Shown: one piece after another, positions 9,997-18,538 of the stretch | How positions within the stretch are numbered: position 1 is the first letter of the stretch | Layout: each line of letters begins with the position of its first letter | Virus record (IMG/VR): IMGVR_UViG_3300043410_001892 | Coordinates: 248,001-312,000 of that record | Reading direction: 5' to 3' (one strand) | DNA length: 64,000 bases | Notes under the pieces: generated by a model | Database searches by the model: none | Seen by the model: the letters and a program-made list of their open reading frames with translations, nothing else | Told to the model about the DNA's origin: nothing | Position numbers and translations under genes: made by a program

Positions 9997-10272
9997 TTAG
10001 CCTGTGCGTTGAATTAAATGCCAACCAAATTGTGTTTGAACTGGTTTACTGTAGTTACCGACACCTAATGCTTGTACTGCATCTTCAAAAGGTTTAACCA
10101 TTTGACCTACACCAAATTCACCTAAGTTACCACCATTTGCACCACTCGGGCATTTGCTGTTAGCTACCGCTAACGCGCCAAAGTCTGCACCTTCTTCGAC
10201 AATTTGATTGTATAAATCGTTTGCTTGGTCTTCTGTTTCTACTAAAATGTGTTTTGCTTGCATTAATGACAT
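9997..10272 (-). CDS. ppiC: parvulin-type peptidyl-prolyl isomerase
   Basis: AKHILV, SKCPSGANGGNLGEF, MVKPFEDA, PVQTQFGWHLI. Confidence 0.95.
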   Translation of the reverse strand: MSLMQAKHILVETEDQANDLYNQIVEEGADFGALAVANSKCPSGANGGNLGEFGVGQMVKPFEDAVQALGVGNYSKPVQTQFGWHLIQRTG

Positions 10273-10299
10273 ATTGTTCTCTTTAATTATGTTGAAATG

Positions 10300-10809
10300 T
10301 TATTTACCTAGGTCTTTAAATGATGGAACTTGATATTGCCACCAGTTAGGTAACTTTGATACGCCTTTTGGCATAAATCTTGGAGTTCCATCTAATTCAA
10401 ATGGAATTTCAATTGTTGACTTTAGTCCTATTTTTTCATGAGCTTCTTTTGGGATCATAAAAAAGTAATATGAGTTATTTATTCTTTCATAAACTTGAAC
10501 ACATAACGTTCCAGTTTTATTATGTACATTTGAAATTGGAGCAGTATAGCTTCTTTTATTATTACTAAATCTAACAGTTGATAATTTTGCATCATTGCCA
10601 TTATCTAAGTCATATTGATCTTCAGAAACAACAGTATGTCCACCAACTGCTGCAATTGCGTGTTCAAATGCAGTAGACACTTGTAATATTCCTAAACCAA
10701 GTAAATTGTCAATTGTCCATTGATCCATTTTATCATATCCAGGAATAAGGTGTCTAAAATTATCAAAATGTGCTACATCTAAAACTACGTTTTCTAATTT
10801 TGTTGTCAT
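10300..10809 (-). CDS. hypothetical protein (possibly nuclease-like)
   Basis: 169 aa ORF with upstream sigma70-like promoter; no firm motif. Confidence 0.5.
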   Translation of the reverse strand: MTTKLENVVLDVAHFDNFRHLIPGYDKMDQWTIDNLLGLGILQVSTAFEHAIAAVGGHTVVSEDQYDLDNGNDAKLSTVRFSNNKRSYTAPISNVHNKTGTLCVQVYERINNSYYFFMIPKEAHEKIGLKSTIEIPFELDGTPRFMPKGVSKLPNWWQYQVPSFKDLGK

Positions 10810-10893
10810 AATATTTAATGTGTTTTGTTATGTTTAAAAAAAAGTATATTATAATTTCTTTTTATCTTTTGTCAAGCTTTTTTTTAAAATTAT

Positions 10894-10967
10894 TGGAGCG
10901 GGATACGAGACTCGAACTCGTTTGGATAGCTTGGAAGGCTATTGCACAACCTATATGCCAATCCCGC
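10894..10967 (-). tRNA. tRNA-Gly(TCC)
   Basis: cloverleaf, loop CT-TCC-AA, encoded CCA. Confidence 0.93.
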
Positions 10968-10978
10968 AGATGATATAA

Positions 10979-11034
10979 CTGGATGCATTTTTAGTTTCAC
11001 CAATTGAAATATTAAAAATGGCTGTTAGCATCCA
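10979..11034 (-). ncRNA. Y-like RNA copy 3 (short)
   Basis: TGGATGC-TA-ACAGCC...GCATCCA-G. Confidence 0.7.
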
Positions 11035-11059
11035 AAAATTGTTGTATGCGAACACTAAA

Positions 11060-11112
11060 CTGAATGCATTTACTTTCGCCAATGAAATTAAAAGTTATGC
11101 TGTTAGCATTCA
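11060..11112 (-). ncRNA. Y-like RNA copy 4 (short)
   Basis: TGAATGC-TA-ACAGCA...GCATTCA-G. Confidence 0.7.
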
Positions 11113-11138
11113 AAAACTATAGTATTCGCGTACTATGT

Positions 11139-11215
11139 TGGTCGGGGTAACACGATTTGAACATGCGACCTATCCGCCCCAAACGGATCGCTCTACCAAG
11201 CTGAGCTATACCCCG
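11139..11215 (-). tRNA. tRNA-Pro(TGG)
   Basis: cloverleaf, loop TT-TGG-GG, CCA. Confidence 0.95.
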
Positions 11216-11223
11216 GTAATTCT

Positions 11224-11625
11224 TTATAACAATTTTAAATGACCTGTTACTGGGTCAATCTTCTCAGGATAGTCTGGACCTATTGCTAAACATGTTAGAG
11301 TTGGGACTCCATTAAATTCAGTCAATCCTGCATCTTTAATTAGTTTTGTATTTAATCCATGTTCTAATGCTTCTGAGAAAATATTAAGCAATTCTGCTTC
11401 ACTATTTACATAAACACAGACTTTTTTAAATCTACCTCTAAGCCATTCTTCAACTGGCTTGTTTACAGCTAAATTATAATAAGCATCTTTGTCTGCAGTT
11501 GCAGGATACATTTGCCCATAATTTAAAATTGCACCTAGTGAAGCATGGCTAGTTTGAGCAACGATTTTACCTTTACGCATGTTAAGGTCTTTTCGTACTA
11601 CTATTACTTGTTTAGGTTCTGACAT
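11224..11625 (-). CDS. pth2: peptidyl-tRNA hydrolase, Pth2 type
   Basis: KQVIVVRKDLNMRKGKIVAQTSHA, IKDAGLTE, TCLAIGP, VTGHLKLL. Confidence 0.95.
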   Translation of the reverse strand: MSEPKQVIVVRKDLNMRKGKIVAQTSHASLGAILNYGQMYPATADKDAYYNLAVNKPVEEWLRGRFKKVCVYVNSEAELLNIFSEALEHGLNTKLIKDAGLTEFNGVPTLTCLAIGPDYPEKIDPVTGHLKLL

Positions 11626-11628
11626 ATA

Positions 11629-12000
11629 TTATTCACAATTCCATCTACGTCTTGCTTTACAAATTGGTTTATCTGGATTAGATGAACAATCTATATGATG
11701 CATTTTCTTTTGTCCATTTGATCTTGCACAAAAACTTTTACGACGTTTTGAATCTTTACTACCTTTCTTTAATTTACTTGGATCGGTAGTTACTGCTGTT
11801 TTTAATTTTGATCCTGGATTTTCTTTTCGATAAGCACTAACTGCTTTTTTACTCATTCCATCAGTACCATCTTTTTTATTTACTGATTGCCAATCTTCAT
11901 TAGCAGGAACACAGTTAGGAACTGTTTTTTTATTCTTCTTTTTGGTACCAACTTGTTTGTACCCTTTCCAACACGGATCTGTTATTTCAAAAATTTTCAT
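11629..12000 (-). CDS. conserved basic phage protein with MKIFEI N-terminus
   Basis: CWKGYKQVG...VPNCVP, RRKSFCARS; TAAATA upstream. Confidence 0.65.
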   Translation of the reverse strand: MKIFEITDPCWKGYKQVGTKKKNKKTVPNCVPANEDWQSVNKKDGTDGMSKKAVSAYRKENPGSKLKTAVTTDPSKLKKGSKDSKRRKSFCARSNGQKKMHHIDCSSNPDKPICKARRRWNCE

Positions 12001-12043
12001 ATTGTTGCCTCACTTTTATAGTATTTAGTGAAGCAACACTATA

Positions 12044-12313
12044 TTATTTTAACATTGCTTTATCAAACAAGCTGTTTAATTTGGTATTGTAATCATTAAA
12101 CTTGCCATCAAGTAATTTACAATGATTTAAGCATTGTTCTTGTTGTTGTGATAGAATACTTACTTTACCTTCAACTTCTGTAACTTCTTTTACAATTGCA
12201 GTATCGTGAGCTTCAAGTTTTGAAACACGACCTGTTACTGCATCTAAATCACCAGTTGATGCACAACCAGTTACAAGTACAGCTAATGCTGAAATTAAAA
12301 ATAATTGTTTCAT
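12044..12313 (-). CDS. Lpp/OprI-like coiled-coil lipoprotein
   Basis: LVTGCAS lipobox followed by a heptad coiled coil. Confidence 0.6.
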   Translation of the reverse strand: MKQLFLISALAVLVTGCASTGDLDAVTGRVSKLEAHDTAIVKEVTEVEGKVSILSQQQEQCLNHCKLLDGKFNDYNTKLNSLFDKAMLK

Positions 12314-12333
12314 TTCTTTTCCTCTTTGTTATA

Positions 12334-12423
12334 TGGCGGAAGAAGTGAGATTCGAACTCACGGACGGGACTAACCGTCGACAGTTTTCAAGACTGCTGCT
12401 TTAAGCCACTCAGCCACTCTTCC
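12334..12423 (-). tRNA. tRNA-Ser(TGA)
   Basis: loop CT-TGA-AA, long variable arm, CCA. Confidence 0.95.
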
Positions 12424-12432
12424 TGTTTATTT

Positions 12433-12519
12433 TGGCGGAAGGTATAGGGTTCGAACCTATACAACGGTTACCCGTTGACAGATTAGCAATCTGCTCCATT
12501 ACCATTCTGGCAACCTTCC
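12433..12519 (-). tRNA. tRNA-Ser(GCT)
   Basis: loop TT-GCT-AA, long variable arm, CCA. Confidence 0.95.
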
Positions 12520-12527
12520 TAACTATC

Positions 12528-12602
12528 TGGAGCCTCTTCCCAGAATCGAACTGAGATCTAAAGATTACAAGTCAATTGTAATAACCATTATACTAAAGAG
12601 GC
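12528..12602 (-). tRNA. tRNA-Thr(TGT), anticodon stem with two U-U mismatches
   Basis: acceptor GCCTCTT/AAGAGGC, loop CT-TGT-AA, stem ATTGA/TCTTT, CCA. Confidence 0.75.
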
Positions 12603-12722
12603 AATAACTATTATTAAAGCATCTTTTATTTAGTGCTTTAATAATAGCTATCATTTAAAAATGACAACTATTATCTAGGAAGATCCTATGTTAAAAAAAC
12701 CTGGTACTATTTTGTTGTTTAG

Positions 12723-13015
<293 letters not shown>

Positions 13016-13024
13016 ATAAACTTT

Positions 13025-13681
13025 TTATTTTTGTGAAAGTTGCATTGCAACGAGTCTATCTAAACCAATAGCAACTTCAAACACCATACCGTGTTCCCAG
13101 TCTTTTCTTACAGAACAACCTGCAACTTCCAAATCACCCATCATCCAATCTAATGTTTTTTCGGAATAGTGGGGCAGTTCATCAGCTTCTACAATACGGC
13201 CGCCGTAAGCATTAGTTAATGCTTCTAATGCAGTTTCAATATACGGTGCTTTTGTATCATTACCGCAAAACAACTGGAATTCTAATTGGTAAAACTGTAC
13301 TAAACGTAACTTACTAGCTCGCATTGTTTCAGCGTTGACTTCGTCTCTAAACGATAAACCAACTTGCCACAAGCAAAGCGGAAGTTCTTTAACATTAAAG
13401 TTTGGGTGTAAAATGTTAAATGCTTCAAAAGTACCTGCAGTAGTTTCTGGACGCAAATAACCACGTTTTGTCTCAATTAGTTCAAACCCTACATCAATGT
13501 GCGATTGCAACGTTGCAGCAGGAGTTAGAATTGGTGTTTCTACACGCGCCATTCGTACTGCTCTGTTTAGCTTGTTCCATTCACTGTACAACAAATGCGG
13601 AATTTCTCTAATTAGTGTTTCACGTCGGATAATTTCCTGTTCATTCCACATTACAGTCGCATTTGAAAAACATTTTTGCAT
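13025..13681 (-). CDS. glycyl-tRNA synthetase-like class II catalytic core (truncated, alpha2 type)
   Basis: GYLRPETTAG, QVGLSFRDE, PHYS, EVAIGLDRL; no anticodon-binding domain. Confidence 0.85.
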   Translation of the reverse strand: MQKCFSNATVMWNEQEIIRRETLIREIPHLLYSEWNKLNRAVRMARVETPILTPAATLQSHIDVGFELIETKRGYLRPETTAGTFEAFNILHPNFNVKELPLCLWQVGLSFRDEVNAETMRASKLRLVQFYQLEFQLFCGNDTKAPYIETALEALTNAYGGRIVEADELPHYSEKTLDWMMGDLEVAGCSVRKDWEHGMVFEVAIGLDRLVAMQLSQK

Positions 13682-13766
13682 AGTAGCTCCTACTAGTTAA
13701 TTAAAATAAACATTATACACTAAAATATTAAGATGTCAACTATTACTACATCCTAATAAACTTGTT

Positions 13767-13843
13767 TGGCTGGATAGGCAGGGCTCGAACCTGCGACCCG
13801 CTGATTAACAGTCAACTGCTACTACCAACTGAGCTACTATCCA
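13767..13843 (-). tRNA. tRNA-Asn(GTT)
   Basis: loop CT-GTT-AA, CCA. Confidence 0.95.
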
Positions 13844-13878
13844 ATAAATCTTTTAACTACTTATTTATCTTCGTTATT

Positions 13879-13955
13879 TGGTGGGCCACCCGGGACTTGA
13901 ACCCGGAACCTGCCGATTATGAGTCGGATGCTCTAACCAATTGAGCTAAAGGCCC
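13879..13955 (-). tRNA. tRNA(CAT), Ile2-like
   Basis: GGGCC 5' end, loop CT-CAT-AA, CCA. Confidence 0.88.
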
Positions 13956-13965
13956 TTAATAAATA

Positions 13966-14114
13966 TACCTAAGGATGGATTCGAACCATCACCTCCTCGG
14001 ATTTGCAAGGCAATTCTGTTGCGCCTAACCATATCGCGTTTATGGTATCATTGGCATTACAGGTTGTGGACGTGTATCAATAACGTCTGCTCTAACCAAT
14101 TGAGCTACTTAGGT
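13966..14114 (-). ncRNA. tRNA-like RNA with a ~75 nt multi-hairpin insertion, no encoded CCA
   Basis: acceptor ACCTAAG/CTTAGGT, D arm GCTC-AATTGGTTA-GAGC, T arm GATGG-TTCGAAT-CCATC. Confidence 0.7.
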
Positions 14115-14119
14115 GTAAC

Positions 14120-14194
14120 TGGCGTCGCTACGGGGAATTGAACCCCGGTTGCAAGGATGAAAACCTTGTGTCCTAACCACTAGACGATAGCGAC
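14120..14194 (-). tRNA. tRNA-Glu(TTC)
   Basis: loop TT-TTC-AT, CCA. Confidence 0.95.
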
Positions 14195-14203
14195 AAATTA
14201 TAT

Positions 14204-14297
14204 TAAAACACACTACTACACGGAATCGAACCGTATCACTGACTCCGCGCCAGCTAGTGTTCCACACCCACGTTGATCAAACGCTGTAATGTGTTTA
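14204..14297 (-). ncRNA. degenerate Y-like element with a T-arm
   Basis: AAACACA-TT-ACAGC ... TACGG-TTCGATT-CCGTG ... TGTGTTT; lacks the 3' G. Confidence 0.45.
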
Positions 14298-14313
14298 AAT
14301 ATAACAACTTTAA

Positions 14314-14399
14314 CAGAATAGCTTGCTCAACCATTGAGCTTTATCGCTAAGATAGCAATAATGGAATCGAACCATTAAATAATTTGCTGTGACTATTCT
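14314..14399 (-). ncRNA. Y-like RNA copy 5 with a circularly permuted tRNA body
   Basis: AGAATAG-TC-ACAGCA, T arm, closed acceptor ATTGCTA-TCT-TAGCGAT, D arm, CTATTCT-G. Confidence 0.82.
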
Positions 14400-14407
14400 T
14401 TATTAAA

Positions 14408-14464
14408 CAGGATAGAATTTATTTCAGATTAAGAGTCCAATTTAAATTATGCTGTTACTATCCT
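14408..14464 (-). ncRNA. Y-like RNA copy 6 carrying a Lys(CTT)-like anticodon arm
   Basis: AGGATAG-TA-ACAGCA...TTGGA-CTCTTAA-TCTGA...CTATCCT-G. Confidence 0.72.
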
Positions 14465-14468
14465 AAAC

Positions 14469-14542
14469 TGGCAGTCCCTGCAGGTATCGAACCTACGCTA
14501 GCAGAATCAAAATCTGCTGTGCTACCATTACACCAAGGAACA
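14469..14542 (-). tRNA. tRNA-Gln(TTG)
   Basis: loop TT-TTG-AT, CCA. Confidence 0.93.
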
Positions 14543-14549
14543 CTAATAT

Positions 14550-14635
14550 TGGTGGTTGCTGTTAGATTCGAACTAACGAAGCACTAAGGCGACAGATTTA
14601 CAGTCTGCTGGTTTTAACCACTCACCCAAACAACC
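14550..14635 (-). tRNA. tRNA-Tyr(GTA)
   Basis: loop CT-GTA-AA, variable arm, CCA. Confidence 0.95.
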
Positions 14636-14646
14636 ATGTTCTTTAT

Positions 14647-14880
14647 TTATACAAGTTCTTGATCGTTATGTGCAGTTTCGACTAAGTCTAATACACCTAA
14701 CTTTCTCAAACGTTTTTCTAAAACTTTCAATCTATTTCTAATCTTAGATTTGTCACGTGGACGACCTGTTTTTTCAAGTAACTCTTTAACTTGTGCTAAG
14801 TTTAAAGGTTTAAGTCTTGGGCGACCGTTACGTGTTAGTTTAGGATTAGCTGTTCTGTTTGCTTTACTAATTGTAGACAT
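14647..14880 (-). CDS. basic hypothetical protein
   Basis: 77 aa Arg/Lys-rich ORF. Confidence 0.55.
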   Translation of the reverse strand: MSTISKANRTANPKLTRNGRPRLKPLNLAQVKELLEKTGRPRDKSKIRNRLKVLEKRLRKLGVLDLVETAHNDQELV

Positions 14881-15232
14881 GTTTTTCCTTTACTTTATTA
14901 ATCATAGTGGTTAGCTGTTCATTAGTAAAATGATCAGGAACATTTATATGAAAAATGTTTCTGCCATCTTGTTTTTCAACTTGAACAATATCCTTAGTTT
15001 CTTCTACATCAATGTTTTCTACAAGTTCAATTGAAGTTGTATTTGACATTATAACTAAGTTTGCAGGTTCTACATGTTTAGCAAACGTAGTCTTAATATT
15101 TTCCATATATTCCATAGCATGTCTTGCTGGCATATTACCTACATCAACTTTAACTATTAGAATACTGTTTTCAGTTAGTTTTTGCTTATCTAAAATCTGT
15201 ATTGAATTTTCACTTAATTCTATTGTTTGCAT
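14867..15232 (-). CDS. hypothetical protein
   Basis: 121 aa ORF after a sigma70-like promoter. Confidence 0.55.
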   Translation of the reverse strand: MQTIELSENSIQILDKQKLTENSILIVKVDVGNMPARHAMEYMENIKTTFAKHVEPANLVIMSNTTSIELVENIDVEETKDIVQVEKQDGRNIFHINVPDHFTNEQLTTMINKVKEKHVYN

Positions 15233-15578
15233 ATTTGCCTTTGTTATTTAGTATGTGTATATTATACACGTTTAAAACTAGTTGTCAAGTAAATAATTTT
15301 TGTATTCTTGTTTAATTAAATCTTCAATAGCAGCACTTACATCAATACCATTTGGATTATTCATATCTTCTTTTGCTTCTTGAGTGACATTTGTTTCAAA
15401 AAACTTATCACGCCATTCTGCATAATCTAACTTATTTGCCATGTTTCTTAAAATCCTTAACTAAATGTTTAAGAATGTCGTGCTCAAGATTGATATGTGC
15501 AGTAATATTTTTAGTAGGTTCAAATGTCCATTTACCGTTTAACTTACGAGGTTTTTTTGGTAATTTAGTTTTCATTCT

Positions 15579-15761
15579 TTATCCTTTGTTTTTAAATTCT
15601 GCTGCAACATCGTCAATTGTTGCGTGATTGCCATGTGAATTAGAAATAAATTCTTCTTTTGGTTCTTCTTTTTCTTTTTTATTAAATATCTTATCCCAGT
15701 TTTCATCAAACTGTGATTTGCTAATGCCTAATGGGCGCATTCTACTACCTTTGCCTGCCAT
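15579..15761 (-). CDS. small hypothetical protein
   Basis: MAGKGSRMRP start, GGAGA RBS. Confidence 0.55.
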   Translation of the reverse strand: MAGKGSRMRPLGISKSQFDENWDKIFNKKEKEEPKEEFISNSHGNHATIDDVAAEFKNKG

Positions 15762-15783
15762 AAAATCTCCTTAACGTATAGAT

Positions 15784-15984
15784 TTAACCCCATGTTAAAC
15801 CTACAAGCATTGAATGTTTAGGATCTTTAAACTGCATCCTAACCTCTCCTTGAAAACAATGCCATTTGTAATCTTGATTATGTATCCAACCTTTTTCTCT
15901 ACACCATTTTGATATTTCTAATCCTTTAGCAAAATTACCTGGTATTGTTACATATCCATTTTCGTGTGCGTAATCTGTATTCAT
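15784..15984 (-). CDS. small hypothetical protein (F..L.W family)
   Basis: C-terminal FKDPKHSMLVGLTWG. Confidence 0.5.
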   Translation of the reverse strand: MNTDYAHENGYVTIPGNFAKGLEISKWCREKGWIHNQDYKWHCFQGEVRMQFKDPKHSMLVGLTWG

Positions 15985-16006
15985 ATTTTTATTTGTAAGG
16001 TTGTTG

Positions 16007-16070
16007 CAGGATGGGATTGAGCTTTTTTAGATCCAAATTCTAACGCTTAATTGTTTGCAGTTACCATCCT
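16007..16070 (-). ncRNA. Y-like RNA copy 7 (short, 7-nt-loop hairpin)
   Basis: AGGATGG-TA-ACTGCA...TTAGA-ATTTGGA-TCTAA...CCATCCT-G. Confidence 0.7.
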
Positions 16071-16083
16071 AAAACTTGTTTAT

Positions 16084-16210
16084 CAGAATGCATTTTAATT
16101 TTCCAGCGCGTCTACTACTTTCGCCATATGCGTTATTCAACGCATAGTAGGATTTGCACCTACACGTTATAAAACACTGGATTCCATTAAAAGTATGCAG
16201 TTAGCATTCT
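16084..16210 (-). ncRNA. Y-like RNA copy 8 with a permuted Leu-type tRNA body
   Basis: AGAATGC-TA-ACTGCA; TCCAG; T arm GTAGG-TGCAAAT-CCTAC; closed acceptor; D arm TGGCGAAAGTAGTAGACGCG; CTGGA; GCATTCT-G. Confidence 0.82.
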
Positions 16211-16214
16211 ATTT

Positions 16215-16290
16215 TGGTTGCGAAGGGTTGGAATCGAACCAACGTCCTCTGGGTTATGAGCCCAGCTATCTACCACTGATATACCTCGCA
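16215..16290 (-). tRNA. tRNA-fMet(CAT)
   Basis: CTGGG-CTCATAA-CCCAG (three G-C pairs), CCA. Confidence 0.9.
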
Positions 16291-16300
16291 TAATGTAAAA

Positions 16301-16419
16301 CAGGATCCGTTTAATATCGCGCTCTAACCGTTAAGCTAACTGCTATATACATAGCAGTGTAGGATTCGAACCTACATCACGTGCTCCAAATGCAAATTAT
16401 TGTATGCTGTTTAGATCCT
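16301..16419 (-). ncRNA. Y-like RNA copy 9 with a permuted tRNA body
   Basis: AGGATCT-AA-ACAGCA; T arm GTAGG-TTCGAAT-CCTAC; ACTGCTAT-GTAT-ATAGCAGT; D arm; GGATCCT-G. Confidence 0.85.
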
Positions 16420-16433
16420 AAAACTTTTAAAAC

Positions 16434-16671
16434 TTATTAAAAAGAACCCAGTAAAGTTTTGGTTTCATCGAGTTGCTGCGGTCAACGTTTTACAGACGCC
16501 CTTTACTAGTTCCGCCTACATGACTACTATAGTAACTAGAATCGAAGTACTGTAAATACCCGAAACTCTCACTCGTTACCAGTTCGAGTCTATAACTCCC
16601 AAAATGTTATTTTTCCATATAACATTATGACCTTTCGGAACTGTTTTCAGTAGTTAGGTTCTTTTTAATAA
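16434..16671 (-). ncRNA. unknown structured RNA closed by a 15-bp terminal helix
   Basis: TTATTAAAAAGAACC...GGTTCTTTTTAATAA with internal GNRA-capped hairpins; no ORF. Confidence 0.55.
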
Positions 16672-16680
16672 ATTCTTTAA

Positions 16681-16752
16681 CAGGTTCCACAAAGTGGGCA
16701 AATGTACGGAACATCTTTTCCGTAAGTCTGCAATAATTGCTGTAGGAAACCT
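16681..16752 (-). ncRNA. Y-like RNA copy 10 (short)
   Basis: AGGTTTC-CT-ACAGCA...TACGGAA/TTCCGTA hairpin...GGAACCT-G. Confidence 0.72.
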
Positions 16753-16764
16753 AAAACTATTTAA

Positions 16765-16817
16765 CAGAATGTATTTAGTCATATTTCAAAATGAATTAAA
16801 GTTGCTGCAAACATTCT
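16765..16817 (-). ncRNA. Y-like RNA copy 11 (short)
   Basis: AGAATGT-TT-GCAGCA...ACATTCT-G. Confidence 0.68.
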
Positions 16818-16887
16818 ATAAACATATTGTACTACATTTTTACTACTGTGTCAAGCATTTTTTAATTTTTTTACAAGGAGTTTTTAA

Positions 16888-17001
16888 CAGGTTTCACAGT
16901 CTTTAGTCAATTACTCTACCAGCTGAGCTAACTGCTCTTGCGAGCAGTGCAGGATTCGAACCTGCGACACGTTGATTGAAATTGTTTGCTGTAGGAAACC
17001 T
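16888..17001 (-). ncRNA. Y-like RNA copy 12 with a permuted tRNA body (acceptor closed by GCAA tetraloop)
   Basis: AGGTTTC-CT-ACAGCA; GCAGG-TTCGAAT-CCTGC; ACTGCTC-GCAA-GAGCAGT; TAGCTCAGCTGGTAGAGT; GAAACCT-G. Confidence 0.88.
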
Positions 17002-17012
17002 AAAACTTGATC

Positions 17013-17318
17013 CTAATCCTTTAGGATAGCTAATACTTCATCTTCACGCATAATGATGACTTCTTCGTCATGTAATTTGATAGGTGCCCCAGCATTCTTA
17101 CCAAATACAATTCTATCACCAATTTTTACTTTTATTTCTCGAAACTGTCCACCATCCATGTACTTCCCTGTTCCGATTGCTAGTACTGTCCCTAGTACTG
17201 ATTTTTCTGTAGCTACAGGTGCAATTAAAATACCACCCGCACTAACCTTTTCTTCTTCATCTTGTCTTACAACGATCCGATCGTGTAACGGAATAACATT
17301 ATCTTTTGTTACTGCCAT
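17013..17318 (-). CDS. groES: co-chaperonin GroES
   Basis: PLHDRIVVR, SAGGILI, GTVLAIGTG, IIMREDEVLAIL. Confidence 0.96.
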   Translation of the reverse strand: MAVTKDNVIPLHDRIVVRQDEEEKVSAGGILIAPVATEKSVLGTVLAIGTGKYMDGGQFREIKVKIGDRIVFGKNAGAPIKLHDEEVIIMREDEVLAILKD

Positions 17319-17338
17319 GTTGTGTACCTTTGTTGTTA

Positions 17339-17380
17339 AGTATGTGTATATTATACACTAATAAAACAGTTTGTCAAGTA
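17339..17380 (-). promoter_or_regulatory. sigma70-type promoter, 42-bp near-exact duplicate of 26054-26095
   Basis: TTGACA-16 bp-TATAAT; one mismatch versus the second copy. Confidence 0.75.
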
Positions 17381-17448
17381 TTTTTTTACAATTTATATGT
17401 AACTAAATATCCCAATAAAAATATTACTGCTACTGATACAAAAAACAT

Positions 17449-17910
17449 CTAACCTCCTAGGAATATTTCTCTCATTTCGTTTATGTTGCGTGTAGTTAGA
17501 CCAATGGCGCCATCTACATGTACAAAGCGTGATTTTTGATAATCAAGCATATCTGATGTATCATCAAGGATTACATAATTATAATCTTCATTATGTTCTT
17601 GCAACCATTTTTCTATTTCGTAACCACGATCCCAACCTTTTTTTGAAAAATCAGGATCACTTTGTCTAGTCTGTGGAGTTACACCAATAATACGTGTTCT
17701 ACAACAAAATCCTGCACGATACAATATCTCTTTCATTTCTTGCAAGCTATGTAGAATACGCCAAGAAGAACTTATTACGATTTCACAATCAACTTCTTCA
17801 CAAAATACTCTAAGCATTACAAGTTTATTGTTTATTAAATGAATGCCTTCAGCCAGACTGGCGTCGTTGTTAAGGACGCCATCGATATCTAAGAATAGTA
17901 ATCGTTTCAT
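17449..17910 (-). CDS. HAD-domain protein (Swiss Army Knife RNA-repair-like HAD)
   Basis: LFLDIDGVLN, IVISSSWR, RGYEIEKWL, YVILDD. Confidence 0.9.
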   Translation of the reverse strand: MKRLLFLDIDGVLNNDASLAEGIHLINNKLVMLRVFCEEVDCEIVISSSWRILHSLQEMKEILYRAGFCCRTRIIGVTPQTRQSDPDFSKKGWDRGYEIEKWLQEHNEDYNYVILDDTSDMLDYQKSRFVHVDGAIGLTTRNINEMREIFLGG

Positions 17911-18159
17911 TTTTCAAACATTGCCTTAATGCCCGGACCTAATACAAATACACAAAAGAAAGCTAAACCAAAACTTTCATTTAGTGATAAAATGTAACCA
18001 TGGTCTTTGAAGATGAACCATGCTATTAAATAGAATATGATGCCAAGTATCGTGCTCATTTCTTTTTCTCCTTTTCAATCTGCTTAAACGCTTCAACTGT
18101 TTTTGAGATTGCAACTCCAAACAATGTTCCAACTACTAAAGCTATTGGTACTAACGGCA

Positions 18160-18402
18160 TTATTCACCTCTCAATGTTTTAAGTAAACCTACAAATGGAT
18201 CTAAAAATAACACATGTATAGTACATAACATCAATGGTATTGGCCAAAAGAAGAAACAAAATATGATTAAAGATTTATAGTACCATGCGTCTTTAGGAGC
18301 CTCCTTAGAAATTACATGAATTGTAGCTCTAGCAACCATTAAGTAAAATACTACAAGACCAAAAATTCCTACTACTATTCCTGAATCCATTATGCTCTCC
18401 AC
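18160..18402 (-). CDS. small membrane protein
   Basis: two hydrophobic segments. Confidence 0.5.
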   Translation of the reverse strand: MESIMDSGIVVGIFGLVVFYLMVARATIHVISKEAPKDAWYYKSLIIFCFFFWPIPLMLCTIHVLFLDPFVGLLKTLRGE

Positions 18403-18538
18403 ATTAAAAATGCCCAGCCAAGCATTGCTCTTAGCCAGTGTATAGGATTAGCAACTTGTTTAGAACTTTCACATGTGAATGTGAAATACAACATACCTAT
18501 AAATAGGTAAGCTGCTACAGTTAAAATAATCATAATCA

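Noticed and set aside
13762-13944. Plus-strand 60-aa ORF
   Set aside because: Antisense to tRNA-Asn and tRNA(CAT).
16694-16906. Plus-strand 70-aa ORF
   Set aside because: Antisense to Y-like copies 10-12.
14314-17001. Calling the permuted elements ordinary tRNAs or pseudo-tRNAs
   Set aside because: Arm order is T-acceptor-D with a sealed acceptor and no CCA, and all are flanked by the same conserved stem.
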